A stretch of DNA of 44,161 nt, from positions 51,094,937-51,139,097 of the forward strand of contig NC_068992.1 in assembly GCF_001194135.2 (NCBI RefSeq), given 5' to 3'. Positions 11,840 to 23,996 of the stretch are shown piece after piece; the stretch's first letter is position 1, and each line of letters opens with the position of its first letter. A model generated the notes under the pieces. The model worked only from the letters and a program-made list of their open reading frames with translations, ran no database searches and was not told the origin of the DNA. Origin of the DNA: Octopus bimaculoides. Taxonomy: Eukaryota. The position numbers and the translations under genes are program-made.

Positions 11840-12050
11840 AGTATATGCATATATACGTACATGTATGTACATACCTACATCTACCTGTATGTATAGATGC
11901 ATATCTGGGTACAGGACGTACCAAAAAAACGTAGGCAAAATGATAAACAGAGTAGAGAAAACACAGGCCACATAGAGAACATTTCCTTCATCAGCTGCCA
12001 CCATTCTAACACTGGCGTTTCGAAGAGTTAGGGCAATATATATCCTTTGA
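11840..12050. mobile_element. Interspersed repeat family F, copy 1
   Basis: Shares GGGTACAGGAC...GAACATT(T/C)CCTTCATCAG...GCGTTTCGAA with 12440-12725. Confidence 0.6.
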
Positions 12051-12057
12051 TTCTTTT

Positions 12058-12383
12058 CCATCTTTCAGTAATTTGACTGAGACCATGCTGGAGAACCGTA
12101 TTTAGTCGACAAATCGAACCCAGGACGTATTCTTTGTAAGCCTAGTACTTATTCCATCGGTGTCTTTTGCTGAACCATTATGTAACTGCGACGTAAACAC
12201 ACCAACATCGGTTGTCAAGTGATTGTGGGGGATAAACACAGGTACACAAACATATACATATATATATACGACGGGCTTCTTTCAGTTTCCGTCTACCAAA
12301 TCCATTCACAAGGGTTTGATCGGCTCGCTATTATAGAGCATGGAACCATGTGGTTGGGAAACTACTTACCACACAGCCACACT
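12058..12383 (-). mobile_element. SINE family A with an internal deletion
   Basis: Colinear with the full copy at 32428-32888 but lacks the segment between TATAG and GAACCATGTGG. Confidence 0.88.
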
Positions 12384-12439
12384 TACGCTAATATATATAT
12401 ATATATACACACAATATAAATAATATATAAATATATGCA

Positions 12440-12725
12440 TATATTCATGCATTTATGTACATACCTACATGCATATGTATATATACATGAATATATACAT
12501 ACATGTTTGTACATAACTACATATATATGTACATATACATGCATATATGGGTACAGGACATAAAAAATGTCAACAAAATGAGAAACGAGAACAGAAAAAG
12601 CGAAAACAGAAAACGAACTTGTTTTTCGAACAACGAAAGTAACAAATAGTGAAACGAGACAGGCAACATAAAGAACATTCCCTTCATCAGTTGTCCCCTG
12701 GTTTATCTACTCCGCGTTTCGAAAC
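12440..12725. mobile_element. Interspersed repeat family F, copy 2
   Basis: Diverged direct copy of 11840-12050. Confidence 0.6.
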
Positions 12726-12747
12726 ACACATATATATATTTCATAGG

Positions 12748-12911
12748 CGCAGGCGTGGCTATGGGCTGCGTGGGTAGAAGGTTGCTTTCCAACCACATGA
12801 TTCCATGTTCAGTCCAACAGCGTAGCACCTTGGGCAAGTGTCTACTACTATAACCTCGAGCCGACCATAGCATTGTAAGTGGATTTCGTAGACGGTAAAT
12901 GAAAGAAGCCC

Positions 12912-12995
<84 letters not shown>

Positions 12996-13114
12996 ATGTT
13001 TATTGTGTGTGTCAATGTTTGTCCCCCACCATCGCTTGGCAACCGATGTTAGTGTGCTTACGTCCCCGTCGGGTAGCGGTTCGGCAAAAAGGACCGATAG
13101 AATATGTACTAGGC
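12748..13114 (+). mobile_element. SINE family A with a central (GT)n, 3' truncated
   Basis: Head, CACCTTGGGCAAGTGTC core, (GT)n and body, ending at TACTAGGC. Confidence 0.88.
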
Positions 13115-14065
13115 GCGTATTGGCTCATTGGGATTGGTGAGATTGGGAGGCCATTCTGTTGTTGTCACAACATCTCTCTAGGAGAGAGAAACTCTAAGAG
13201 AAAACCTGTGACTCTAACAAAATTCGATGATGTAGACTAGTTTATGTTGTCCACGTTCAGAGAGTGGGATTAGATTTATGCAAATCCTTTCCCCACTATC
13301 AAAAATCATCATGCACAGGCATTGCTTGAAACAAAGTAAGTCCTGTCACAAAAATGGCTGGTCGTAGCGTTCGCTTGTGTAGGACTTTCGATCAGTCGAT
13401 GGCAATACTCGAATCCGAGTGCGCAGACAGCATTTATGTATATCTTAGATATGGTTGCTGGTTGATGATGTTAGCTAGAACATAATGAATCCTTGCTGGG
13501 TCAACTGGAGGGGATCTTCTGAAGATGCAAGATATGAAGACTCCACAGGAATATCGTTTACAAAGGCATCTCAGAGTACCTGTGAGATATTACTTGCAAC
13601 TAATCTATTTGTTTATTCTTTCCTATCTCTTTATTTCTACCCTGTTCTCTGTCTACTAATTTCATTAAACAGCTATCTGTATTTTTTTTTTCATCGCTTG
13701 CATTAATTTATCTTTTTATCGTTGTATCTGTCTACTTTCCCTCTTTCTTGGTATCTGCTTATCTCTAAACTTATTTTTTCCTCCGTTTCACCCCCATTTT
13801 ATTCTTCTTTATCTCTGCAACGGTCTTTCCTTTCACTATCTCCCTACCTTTCTTTCTACTCGCCTGAGTCCCATTTCTTCTTTCCTTTCCTCCAAAACAT
13901 CACTTGACATTCCTGTTTTTCAAGCTATCCATTATCTTTTTGCATTGACCGCTCAAATTGTCAGTCAGGTTCTTTCCATCTCTTGGCTTGTCGAAGTTTT
14001 GTTTTTGTCAAGGTCAAAAGGCACTTAATCTTCTCCATTTATTGTCTGGTGACTTTTCTCTATCC

Positions 14066-14097
<32 letters not shown>

Positions 14098-15043
14098 CTG
14101 TACCTAACTTTCCGCCTCAACCTATCTTTCTCTTTATTTCTAACTACACATCTTCCTAATTATTTTTATACTTACCTTTCTGTTGCTGGCTCTTGTCTTC
14201 CGTTTGCATTTACAACTATCTCCATCTTTTTTTCCCTATTCACGTACTTTACTTTCAATGCTCGAATCCGTTTATCGTGGAAGCTTTCTACTTCCCCACC
14301 ACTACATTTATTTATTTATTTATCTCTAGCTTTATATCTATTCCTCTTTCAGTTTCGCTTCTTCCTACGCTGTCTTATGTCTATAACATCCTTTATTCTA
14401 TTTCATTTTCTATATTTCTCTCAGCTTGCCTGTATCCTATCCTTTTCTTCTCTAACACAAGACACCCTGAAGCTGCCTGTTTCTTTTTTCCTTTTCTCAT
14501 GTTATCCGTTCCCTTTCTGAAATGAGCATTTTACTGTTTAGTCATCTCTATTTCGAGTTCCCGATTTCTGCAAGATTTGAATTAATTTCCCGCTCCTGCT
14601 TTATATAATTTTTTTTTCTTTTAATTTTGTACATATATTTTTGTAAGTCCGAAAGAACCACCTTCTTTCCTATTAGTGTTACTTCGAACAACACGTCTTA
14701 CTCTTGTCGTATAGTCGAAAGACGCACCATGTATACGAATATCTCTGTATGGCGTTTATTATTTTTCCTGTCTTGCTTATTTAAATTTTCCAGTCTCCTC
14801 TTAACTTATCTTTATTTACTGTTGTTTCTTCAGACCTCTTCTTTTCTTGTTATAATACTTGTCACAATTTTTTCCCTTTGTCTTCGTCTAACATGTACGC
14901 TCATTTATTTATTCCCTAGCAGCAGATGTTACTGACAGCGCCAAATTGAACATAATTTTTCGGAACGCAAAGGGATGGAATAAATACTACAAGCCACTCA
15001 ACCTGACGTTAATATAGTTCTGCCAATCCAGTGCTCTAAACTA

Positions 15044-15718
15044 TCAGGTCGTTAAGAATGAAATGTCCGATTTTCTTATGCACCAAGTTTGACAGTCATT
15101 AACTCGTATCCTGACAATTCTTTGTTTTACAACATTGAAGAATTACATCATCACTTTTCGAAATGCAATTCATGGTGTCTGATTATATTGAGCCTTCTCT
15201 TGTAAATCAATTTTAGTGAACCCATGGATAGATCAAAATTCGTGTTGTTTATGAATATGAGTTCCGTCGTGGAACCAATGTATCCCAAAGAGCACGAAAC
15301 ATCAGTGAGGTGTTTGGTGAAGATTTGGCGAATGAGCACATTGTACGTCAATGGTTTGAGAAGTTCCGGTTTGGTGACGTTACTCTTGAAAATTAGCCCG
15401 GTAGTAGACCTGAGACCAAGGTCGATAATGATGAGGTGGAAACTGTAGTGAAAGTGGATACATCTTAAATTACGCGTAAGTTAGCTGCAAGGTTTGATGT
15501 TTCGATTCCAACTGTATTGGACCATCTGAAACAAACGGCAAGGTAAAGAAGTTGGACAAGAAGGTGCCACACGAACTGAACGAGCATCAAATGACACGTC
15601 GCCTTGAAACTTGCTGTTCTTTGCTATCACGGCATAAAAACGAACCATTTTTGCATCGTATTCTTACATTTGAGTGAGCAGGTAACAACTGGCCAGATTA
15701 ATTCTAGTACTCACCTGA
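15044..15718 (+). mobile_element. Internally deleted mariner (IS630/Tc1-mariner) with a pseudogenised N-terminal transposase
   Basis: From 15224, with one early frameshift and stops: MDRSKIRVVYEYEFRRGTN...VRQWFEKFRFGDVTLEN*PGSRP...KKLDKKVPHELNEHQ...FLHRILT, which covers the HTH region and the WVPHEL-like motif. Ends are TA-TCAGGT...ACCTGA-TA. Confidence 0.92.
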
Positions 15719-16013
15719 TACGTAACATAGTCATTCGAGATGGAAGAAAGGTAAAATAGATTTCACAGGTATTTTATTAGAGTTTGCAAAAGTACGAACT
15801 AAATATTGCAATGCAATTTCTTCCTCTCTCTACTCAAACTGTTCAATTTCAATGTAATTTCTTCATCTCATCAACGTAAACTGTTCAATTTCTTTTTATG
15901 AGTCAGTCAGCCATTTTCTACTCGGTACTTCAATTGTAGCTTAGATTATGGAGGCTAAAGGAGTTAATGGCAAAGCTAATTTGAAATCAGAACTTTAATA
16001 TTAATAACTAGAT

Positions 16014-16379
16014 GTTGTTGTTGGCACTCCGTCGCTTATGACGTCGAGGATTCCAGTTGATCCGATCAACGGAACAGCCTGCTCGTGAAATTAACGTGCA
16101 AGTGGCTGAGCACTCCACAGACACGTGTATATTCAGCGTAACACAGTGTGATAAGGCTGACCCTTTGAAATTACAGGCACAACAGAAACAGGAAGTAAGA
16201 GTGAGAGAAAGTTGTGGTGAAAGAGTACAGCAGGGTTCGCCACCATCCCCTGCCAGAGCCTCGTGGAGCTCTAGGCGTTTTCGCTCAATAAACACTCACA
16301 ACGCCCGGTCTGGGAATCGAAACTGCGATCCTATGACCGCGAGTCCGCTGCCCTAACCACTGGGCCATTGCGCCTCCAC
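16014..16379 (-). mobile_element. Full-length tRNA-derived SINE (family C) with a 12-bp TSD
   Basis: TAATAACTAGAT at 16002-16013 and 16380-16391. A-box TGGCCCAGTGGTTAG, B-box GTTTCGATTCCC and an (AAC)n tail on the minus strand. Confidence 0.95.
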
Positions 16380-16529
16380 TAATAACTAGATACAGCAACA
16401 CATTTTGTCGAGCACTTTAACGATTCTGGCACTGCACACACTTCTATAGTTTTATGATGCTTTCAATGTACCTGAGAACTTTTTATTCTGAGACAACCTT
16501 TCTCTTGTTATAACATCACAATGGCCTTG

Positions 16530-16713
16530 TTCTCTCATTCTCTCTCTCTCACTTTCTCTCTCTTTCACTTTCTCTCTCTCACTTTCTCTCTCTTTCACTT
16601 TCTCTCTCTCTCTCACTTTCTCTCTCTCTTTCACTTTCTCTCTCTTTCACTTTCTCTCTCTCTCACTTTCTCTCTCTTTCACTTTCTCTCTCTCTCACTT
16701 TCTNNNNNNNNNN

Positions 16714-16775
<62 letters not shown>
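16530..16775. repeat. (CT)n-derived minisatellite (CTCTCTCT(C/TT)CACTTT units) grading into (CT)n
   Basis: Repeated 14-18 nt units visible directly. Confidence 0.9.
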
Positions 16776-16776
<1 letters not shown>

Positions 16777-17496
16777 CTCTCACTACTTGCAAACAACACG
16801 ATGCTCTCTCTCCGCACAACGTAATTACACACAAATTACAAAATAATTGTTTTGCATAACAACGTTGTATTAGCACTCAATTAATGCCAGAGCCAATCCT
16901 TTACAGCCGCCAAATATGGTGCTTAGTTAGAATTGTAAAGAATACCCAAAATTTACTGGCTGTTCGGTAAAAAAAAAAAAAAAATTAATATAATTTTCTC
17001 CCAAAGTTGTTATTGAGTTGTTTACTGAAAAATATGTCCTATTCTTCGGAAATGGTTTTAGTTCTGATAATTAATTGATGATTAATCCGTCAATGTTGTT
17101 GATGATGAAGAGAGTTGGTGGTTATCATTACCATTGTTTTTAGCAGTCTCACGCGAGTTTCCATCGCACCATTAGGTGCAACTTCGTGTTTTCCACTGGT
17201 GTTTGCAGCGTTGTCCTTAGAGAGAGCAGAACTATATTTGCGTGCAACAGACACACATACACATACACACACACACACACACGCACGCACACACGCACGC
17301 AAACACACACATTGAAACTCATACACACAATACGCACACACACGCGCAAACACACACACTGAAACTCATACACACACACACTGAAACTCATACATACACA
17401 CACGTATATGTATTCCTTTGTTGTAGAAGTTTGATTTGTTTGGAGGAGGGGTTGGCATTTCTATAATGTTTCTCTTCTACTATATTATTACAGTTA

Positions 17497-17720
17497 GGCA
17501 GCGAGCTGGCAGAATCATTAGCAGGCTAGGCAAAACGCTTATTGGCATTTTGTCCGTCTTCACGTTTTGAGTTCAAAGTGCGCAGAAGTTGACTTTGACT
17601 TTCATCCTTACGTGGTCGATAAAATATTCTCCAGTTGAAGACTGGGGTCGGAGGAGGAATATTCGATGTAAACAACTCATCCTTTCACCCAAAATTTATG
17701 CTCTTGTGGCAAAATTCTCT
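17497..17720 (+). mobile_element. SINE family D, diverged
   Basis: GGCAGCGAGCTGGCAGAATCATTAGC head, GAGTTCAAA B-box, and body shared with 4140-4290. Confidence 0.8.
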
Positions 17721-17824
17721 ACGTGAGCCCCAGCAGATGCACGCTTCATTTCAGTAGCACTTCACTCGACTGTTTGAGATCAATGGCGGACCATCATGGT
17801 AGGCATAGGACTTCAGTGCCTACC

Positions 17825-18260
17825 TTGACGGCCAGACACAACTATCTGAGGGGGAGGTGGAGCGTTGAAAAATGATGATAACAGCTGTGGAAATATAGAA
17901 TGCACTGATGGGCTGCGCGGTGTGAGGAGAAATCGCCTAGTTTGGATTGTCTGACTTGCGAGCTTTACTTTTATATGCCAGACTTGTTTGGACGTCACTT
18001 TGTAAATATCTTCTGCAAACAGTAACAAACTAGAGAATTTCCAACTTTTCTGTGTCAACACGTAGGAGCACTGTTAGGAAAGGAACCAAAAAATGGGGTA
18101 TCAAATACCCCTTTTTGGCCCATGACGTTGCTGAACGCACATGGTAAAAGTTTGGTCAAAGTGATAAAGAAGAGGTTGGCGCTTGTCCCCGAAGAACAAA
18201 CTGGTGACGCACAAATATGCGCCAACAAAAGCAGGCTCTCTCTGGACTGCAACAAACTGT
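17825..18260 (+). mobile_element. Tx1/L1-like non-LTR retrotransposon RT fragment (pseudogenised)
   Basis: Translation KSPSLDCLTCELYFYMPDLFGRHFVNIFCKQ*QTREFP...GALLGKEPKNG...FWPMTLLNAHGKSLVKVIKKRLALV...GDAQICA matches the KSPG.DG...EFY / RPI.LLN...KIL.KV...RL / Q.CA pattern of L1/Tx1 RTs. Confidence 0.75.
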
Positions 18261-18374
18261 ACATGGACATTCTCTTTCTGGTCTTAAAATTTATGTCGCT
18301 TTGTTCTTCCAGTTCAGAAAAGCAGCGGACTATCTTATTAGAGACACCGCCCATGTATATGCTGCAGAAATGCT

Positions 18375-18672
18375 TTTCCCAGAAGATTCTATCTGTCTCC
18401 AGTATATCTGGATACTTGTAGCTGTCACCTTCATTCATTGCTCGGATCGTTGTCTTATTTAGGAGTTTAATTCCTTCAGACTTGGATGTTTTCCCCCTCT
18501 TTTCTCGCCACTGCTAAATTCGTAGCACGGTTTAACCTTTCTGGGGATCAATGTCAGAGGATAAGGGCAACCACGAGTAGCAGTGGTGAGAGTGTATCAC
18601 CTTGGAATATTCCCCTACTTTTGTTGACTTTACCGAGCTTATTTTGGCCTGATGTTAGTATGGTTCTCCATT
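18375..18672 (-). mobile_element. R4/Dong-like non-LTR retrotransposon RT fragment with an internal deletion
   Basis: WRTILTSGQNKLGKVNKSRGIFQGDTLSPLLLVVALI.(fs)LTLI.RKVKPCYEF joined directly to SEGIKLLNKTTIRAMNEGDSYKYPDILE. The QGD..SP and YKYLG-like motifs are present; the YMDD region is missing. Confidence 0.82.
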
Positions 18673-18675
18673 TTA

Positions 18676-18676
<1 letters not shown>

Positions 18677-18718
<42 letters not shown>

Positions 18719-18900
18719 GGAATAAAAACCAAAAAGATTAAAAGGAGAAATTAGTGATTATGTTGACGCTAACACCGCTGATAATAAGTATGATAAAATA
18801 TAAGATATGAGATGATAATGTAGAAGAAGAAGAAGAAGAAGAAGAAGAAGAAGAAGAAGAAGAAGAAGAAGAAGAAGAAGAAGAAGAAGAAGAAGAAGAA

Positions 18901-18946
<46 letters not shown>

Positions 18947-19073
18947 AAAAAGATAATTATCACGAAAATGATAATTGCGATGATAAGGTTGTTGAAAAAA
19001 TGATTATTTTATTGTTTCCATATAGTTGCTGAATAATAATAAAAATAATAAAAATAATAATAATAATAATAGC

Positions 19074-19132
<59 letters not shown>

Positions 19133-19165
19133 CGACGATGATGATGATGATGATGATGATGATAA
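18677..19165. repeat. Cluster of trinucleotide microsatellites: (ATT)n, (AGA)n, (TGA)n, (AAT)n, (AAC)n, (GAT)n
   Basis: Direct inspection. Confidence 0.95.
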
Positions 19166-20075
19166 TCCTCATCATCACTATCAGATTATTACTGGTAAAA
19201 CTTCGAAATTTGAAAGTATATCAATTATAAAATATGGACACTCATTGTAATTATAAAGTTTTATAGAATTTGAAACCATCAAAAAGTAAAAATGAATACT
19301 GCTTGCTTGGCTTAGAGAACCGTTTCAATATTTTATTTCTTCGGGGTGTATTCACAAAACAATCTGTTTATTTGTTTTCCCAAATTCGTCAATATTTAAA
19401 TTTAATCTTTTCTTCATATCAACAGGGTTGATTTTTTTTTTTTTATTAATCACTTAGAAGATTGTTTCAGGGCTAATTTTCTTTTAATTAAGTAAATTCT
19501 CTTAATAATTTCAATTTGAATATTAAAGTTATAGAAATTTCTCTTAAAGCATTTCTACACTCATCATCAGGTTTCTGCTAATATTTACGATGTTTCATAG
19601 AAATTGCCCTTTGGTAAGATCAGTATCAAAATTCAATTAGAATGATATGTATAATTGCAATGGCTTTACACTTTGTCGTTCTTACTATATAGTAAATCGT
19701 GTTTGATTCCTGTGAGATTTTCATGTACAATTACTTCAAAAATTTATTCCAATCATACAAGATACAACAAATTTCAAGTTCTTATTTGAAAAGTCTAACT
19801 ACGTGTTTTGCTTAATCAATATTTTTTCGAATTATTTATATTTTTGTTAGGTTTGTTATTGTAATTTCATTTTTCCTTTATATACTGCATAAAATTGCAT
19901 TCGTTTTTAGAAAGTTTAAATCTGCAAATATTTAGTTACACTACGGGTCTTGTAACTTTGATAATTTTACAGATTTATATACATGCTATAAACCAAGTGT
20001 TTTCAGTCGGGGTCCATATGGCCTCTGGGGTTCCATAATAGATTTTGTTAAATTTTATCAGCAATATATTGGTTA

Positions 20076-20123
20076 GGAGTGGCTGTGTGGTAAGTAGCTT
20101 GCTTACGAATCACATGGTTCCAG
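20076..20123 (+). mobile_element. SINE family A head, cut by a gap
   Basis: GGAGTGGCTGTGTGGTAAGTAGCTTGCTTACGAATCACATGGTTCC. Confidence 0.85.
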
Positions 20124-20297
20124 NNNNNNNNNNCTGTTTGATAAGAACGCGTATGCATGTTAGGGAATTTTCACGGGAGAGATTAATGGTAGCTTCCCTA
20201 TACCTTCCTTTAAATAATTAATTTATGGTTAGCCGCCGATTAGCGCTACCAGCCGTCGTACGATGGCTAGAATAACATAAGTGAGATTGTCTCTCTT

Positions 20298-20400
20298 ATC
20301 AGCTCGCAGCACCACTGTCTGGTTTCTATTACTGAAGAGGAGATAACCACTCTGAAATGCTTGCATCTCACAGTCTGGATAGGCGGCGCTGTGAGCTGAT
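20298..20400 (+). ncRNA. Extended type I hammerhead ribozyme fold; core intact, proximal stem I partly decayed
   Basis: CUAUUA CUGAAGA GGAG-AUAACCA-CUCU GAAA UGC-UU-GCA UC^UCACAG. Distal stem I pairs 20298-20310 with 20388-20400 (13 bp, one G-U) and 20315-20320 with 20377-20382. Confidence 0.72.
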
Positions 20401-22685
20401 TTAGGTATATCTACACCATTTGTCTACCGCGAGAAATTTTCTCCATGACAAAATATAGTGAATGGCTTGTTTATGAGTCTAGTAATAACATTGCATTTAT
20501 ACACATCACTGCTTAATGCTCTCACCTCATAACTTCCTTTAAGTATTTTATAGCAGTCGCCAGTGGCCTTTAGCCAATTCTGAGGGACTGAAAGACAGAA
20601 GAAGATAGAGAATGAATGAGAGGGAGAGAGAGTTAGAAGGAGAGAAAGAGAGAACGATATATATATATATATATATATATATANNNNNNNNNNNNNNNNN
20701 NNNNNNNNNNNNNNNNNNNNNNNNNNNNNNNNNNNNNNNNNNNNNNNNNNNNNNNNNNNNNNNNNNNNNNNNNNNNNNNNNNNNNNNNNNNNNNNNNNNN
20801 NNNNNNNNNNNNNNNNNNNNNNNNNNNNNNNNNNNNNNNNNNNNNNNNNNNNNNNNNNNNNNNNNNNNNNNNNNNNNNNNNNNNNNNNNNNNNNNNNNNN
20901 NNNNNNNNNNNNNNNNNNNNNNNNNNNNNNNNNNNNNNNNNNNNNNNNNNNNNNNNNNNNNNNNNNNNNNNNNNNNNNNNNNNNNNNNNNNNNNNNNNNN
21001 NNNNNNNNNNNNNNNNNNNNNNNNNNNNNNNNNNNNNNNNNNNNNNNNNNNNNNNNNNNNNNNNNNNNNNNNNNNNNNNNNNNNNNNNNNNNNNNNNNNN
21101 NNNNNNNNNNNNNNNNNNNNNNNNNNNNNNNNNNNNNNNNNNNNNNNNNNNNNNNNNNNNNNNNNNNNNNNNNNNNNNNNNNNNNNNNNNNNNNNNNNNN
21201 NNNNNNNNNNNNNNNNNNNNNNNNNNNNNNNNNNNNNNNNNNNNNNNNNNNNNNNNTAACAGAAAAGTCTATCTAACGCTTTTGTAACTCCACCGATTCG
21301 CTTGTTTCTGAAACAGTAAACACTTTGCCGTAAAATATTGATTTCTCTCTCTTCATTTCAATATCCACGCATTCATAAAAAAAATTCTTCATTTGATATC
21401 TATATTTGTTTCATCTACTTTATATCTGTCATGATCATTCAAATGTCATTATCTTCTGTGTATTTTTGCTTTAAAAACACTTCCGAGTAATAATCCTTTT
21501 ATACCTTACAAGTCTTCCTAATTGTAGTTAAGGGAAAATATTATTACAGTTTTTTTTTTTTTTTTGCTTTAGAAATACGACAATGCCAAAAAAGAGTTAT
21601 TGTTTATAATATCATAGAATTTCGTTGACAGACAACAAAATATATTTTACTTCATCGAAGTCAACAATTTATTTTCGACAAAATCAGATGTGAAAGCGAA
21701 AAGACAAAAGTCATTTCATGTAACAGTTTTGGACGACAACCGGTCATGTTTCCTGGTTTAAAATCTCTCCAGAAATGTTCGACCGTATTTAGGCATTACA
21801 CTTAATTCTGCATGTTTTAGTTCACCTAACTGTCGGGGATATACATTACTTCATATGAAAATACTGCTTGAAACAGAGTAGGGGGATGACAGAACCAACA
21901 AAATAGACAAAACGGTATCGGGAATTTAGCTGTAATTTCACACTTGATAACCTAATATTTATGTTACAGCTTATTCCAAAAATCCCCAACGGTGGAACAA
22001 GAGGATGACGACTTCAACAGATCGCAACACCTAAACCAAAGGATGAAGGGGGCTACGCTTGATAGACATCCTTTCGAAGGTGCCACTCAAAACTATAACC
22101 AGGTTAGCGGCAGTCCGTTGCAGTTTCATAACTGAATACTGCGTGTCTCATTCTGTATGTGCCGCAGAAAAGGCTCGCGAAACCAAGTGTGTGAGTCACC
22201 TCTTGGCAAGTTGAAATCCACCTTAAACAAATCTACGCCACTGGCACTTTCTTCTACTGTCTGTTTGTATTGTGACGAAGCCTGGAAGCAATATACATTT
22301 GAACAAAGTTAATTGCAATATTACTTACGGTGACCTACGATGTAAGTTCAATTTCACCGGCATTGTCTTTGTGCTTTGTATATTTCTAGAATATTTTGAA
22401 CCAAATCTTCTTAAAGCATTATCATAATGATGGCGTTTAGATTGCTGTACGTTATAATTACAGGAGAAGCAATGGCTAAAATACCTTACACCGTTTTAGT
22501 TTTGTAGGTCTGCTTTCTCAGTTTGATTCTTTCCGTTATTAAATTTACTCTTCCTTCTTCACACAAATGGTAGTAGAGATATGAATGTTGATGCCTGTGC
22601 TGACGGTCGTTTGTGATATTGTTTGTGTGTGTGTGTGTGGTTGTGTGCTTATGTAGATATACGTATGTGTGTGTGAGTGTGTGTG

Positions 22686-22723
<38 letters not shown>

Positions 22724-23692
22724 CAGACAGACAGATAGATAGATAGATAGATAGATAGATGAAAATATTTCTTATTACTATGATCACAGTAATGATACCA
22801 ACAATGTCCGAGTAGGCTTCAGAAGTAATTAGGACGCCGGTTAGGATTAGATGTAGAAATGCTAGAAGGGGGTGAAGAAGATCAAGAAGAGATGTCGGAA
22901 GGAACCGGTAGGTGAGTGGGTGGGAGCACAAAGTCGAAGAAGAGCCAAATGCGTGCGTTGGTATTGAAAAGTTCCTCAAAGTTTGTTGAAAATCTAGTTG
23001 AAATTCATACCAGTATAACTAAAACTAAATGTCTCCGACATCTTGTCTTCTTCCACAATACAGCAGGCATGTTACATCTCTTAACAACAGCTTAACGTGC
23101 ATCAAGAAATGATTGGGAAACTATTCCATCATTTGGCGTCTCCAAAGATATCAAATGATGGTTTTATCTCATGATTATGCCATTATTCATAGCCTTGTTT
23201 TGAGTCTATCTGTCACACAGATGACATGGAACGCTGTTAGTTCAGCTTCTACTAAATGGTTAAACTATACCTACTGTAGATTTTTAGTAAGATAACTACC
23301 CTTTATGAAAGAGAAAATGTTTCTCTCTCTCTCTCTTTCTCTCTCGCTCTCACTTTGTCTCTTTACACTCAAACACATATACTTATACAACAAAATAATA
23401 TTGATAATAATTGATGTATGAATAACTAAACAAAATACAAGAGAAAGGATGAAAGCATATTGGCTTGATGTGAATTTCATATCAATATATCAATATATTT
23501 AATACTTGAATAAATCATTTTATATAAGCTGTCAAAAATCTTTTAAACGTTGATCTGTTTAACATTTCACTGTTTTCTTCTTTGTATTATTTTCCTGTCC
23601 TTCCTTTCAGATCATCTCCTACAACACACACTTATAATCACTCCCATATGCACACAGAAGTATCTATCTCTTTCTTTCTCTCCCTCTCTTAT

Positions 23693-23723
<31 letters not shown>

Positions 23724-23996
23724 CAAGCGACATATATACAAATATACACGAACGAACAAAACGTGCGCTTATGCACAAAATTGATTCATCTTACTGCACT
23801 GATATCGAATATGTTTTGACGTAAGTATTTTGTAAAAGTTTTTGCAAAGGAATTGAAGCTGGGTCGTGTTGTCATTTGATCCTTGGTTAAAGAAAACATT
23901 CAACATCAAATGTAAATATAAAACCAATCCACTCTGAAGGTTAGAGCGTTTGAATTTCAAGTAGTGAACCAATATGGTATGAGGGTACTGCTTCTA

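Noticed and set aside
11985-12725. CTGATGA and GAAAC motifs in both family F copies (minus strand)
   Set aside because: GAAA lies upstream of the core with no closing stem II and no UH cleavage triplet, so no hammerhead can be folded within either copy.
20300-20320. CAGCACCAC resembling half of a REST/NRSE site
   Set aside because: The second half-site is absent and the sequence is explained as hammerhead stem I.
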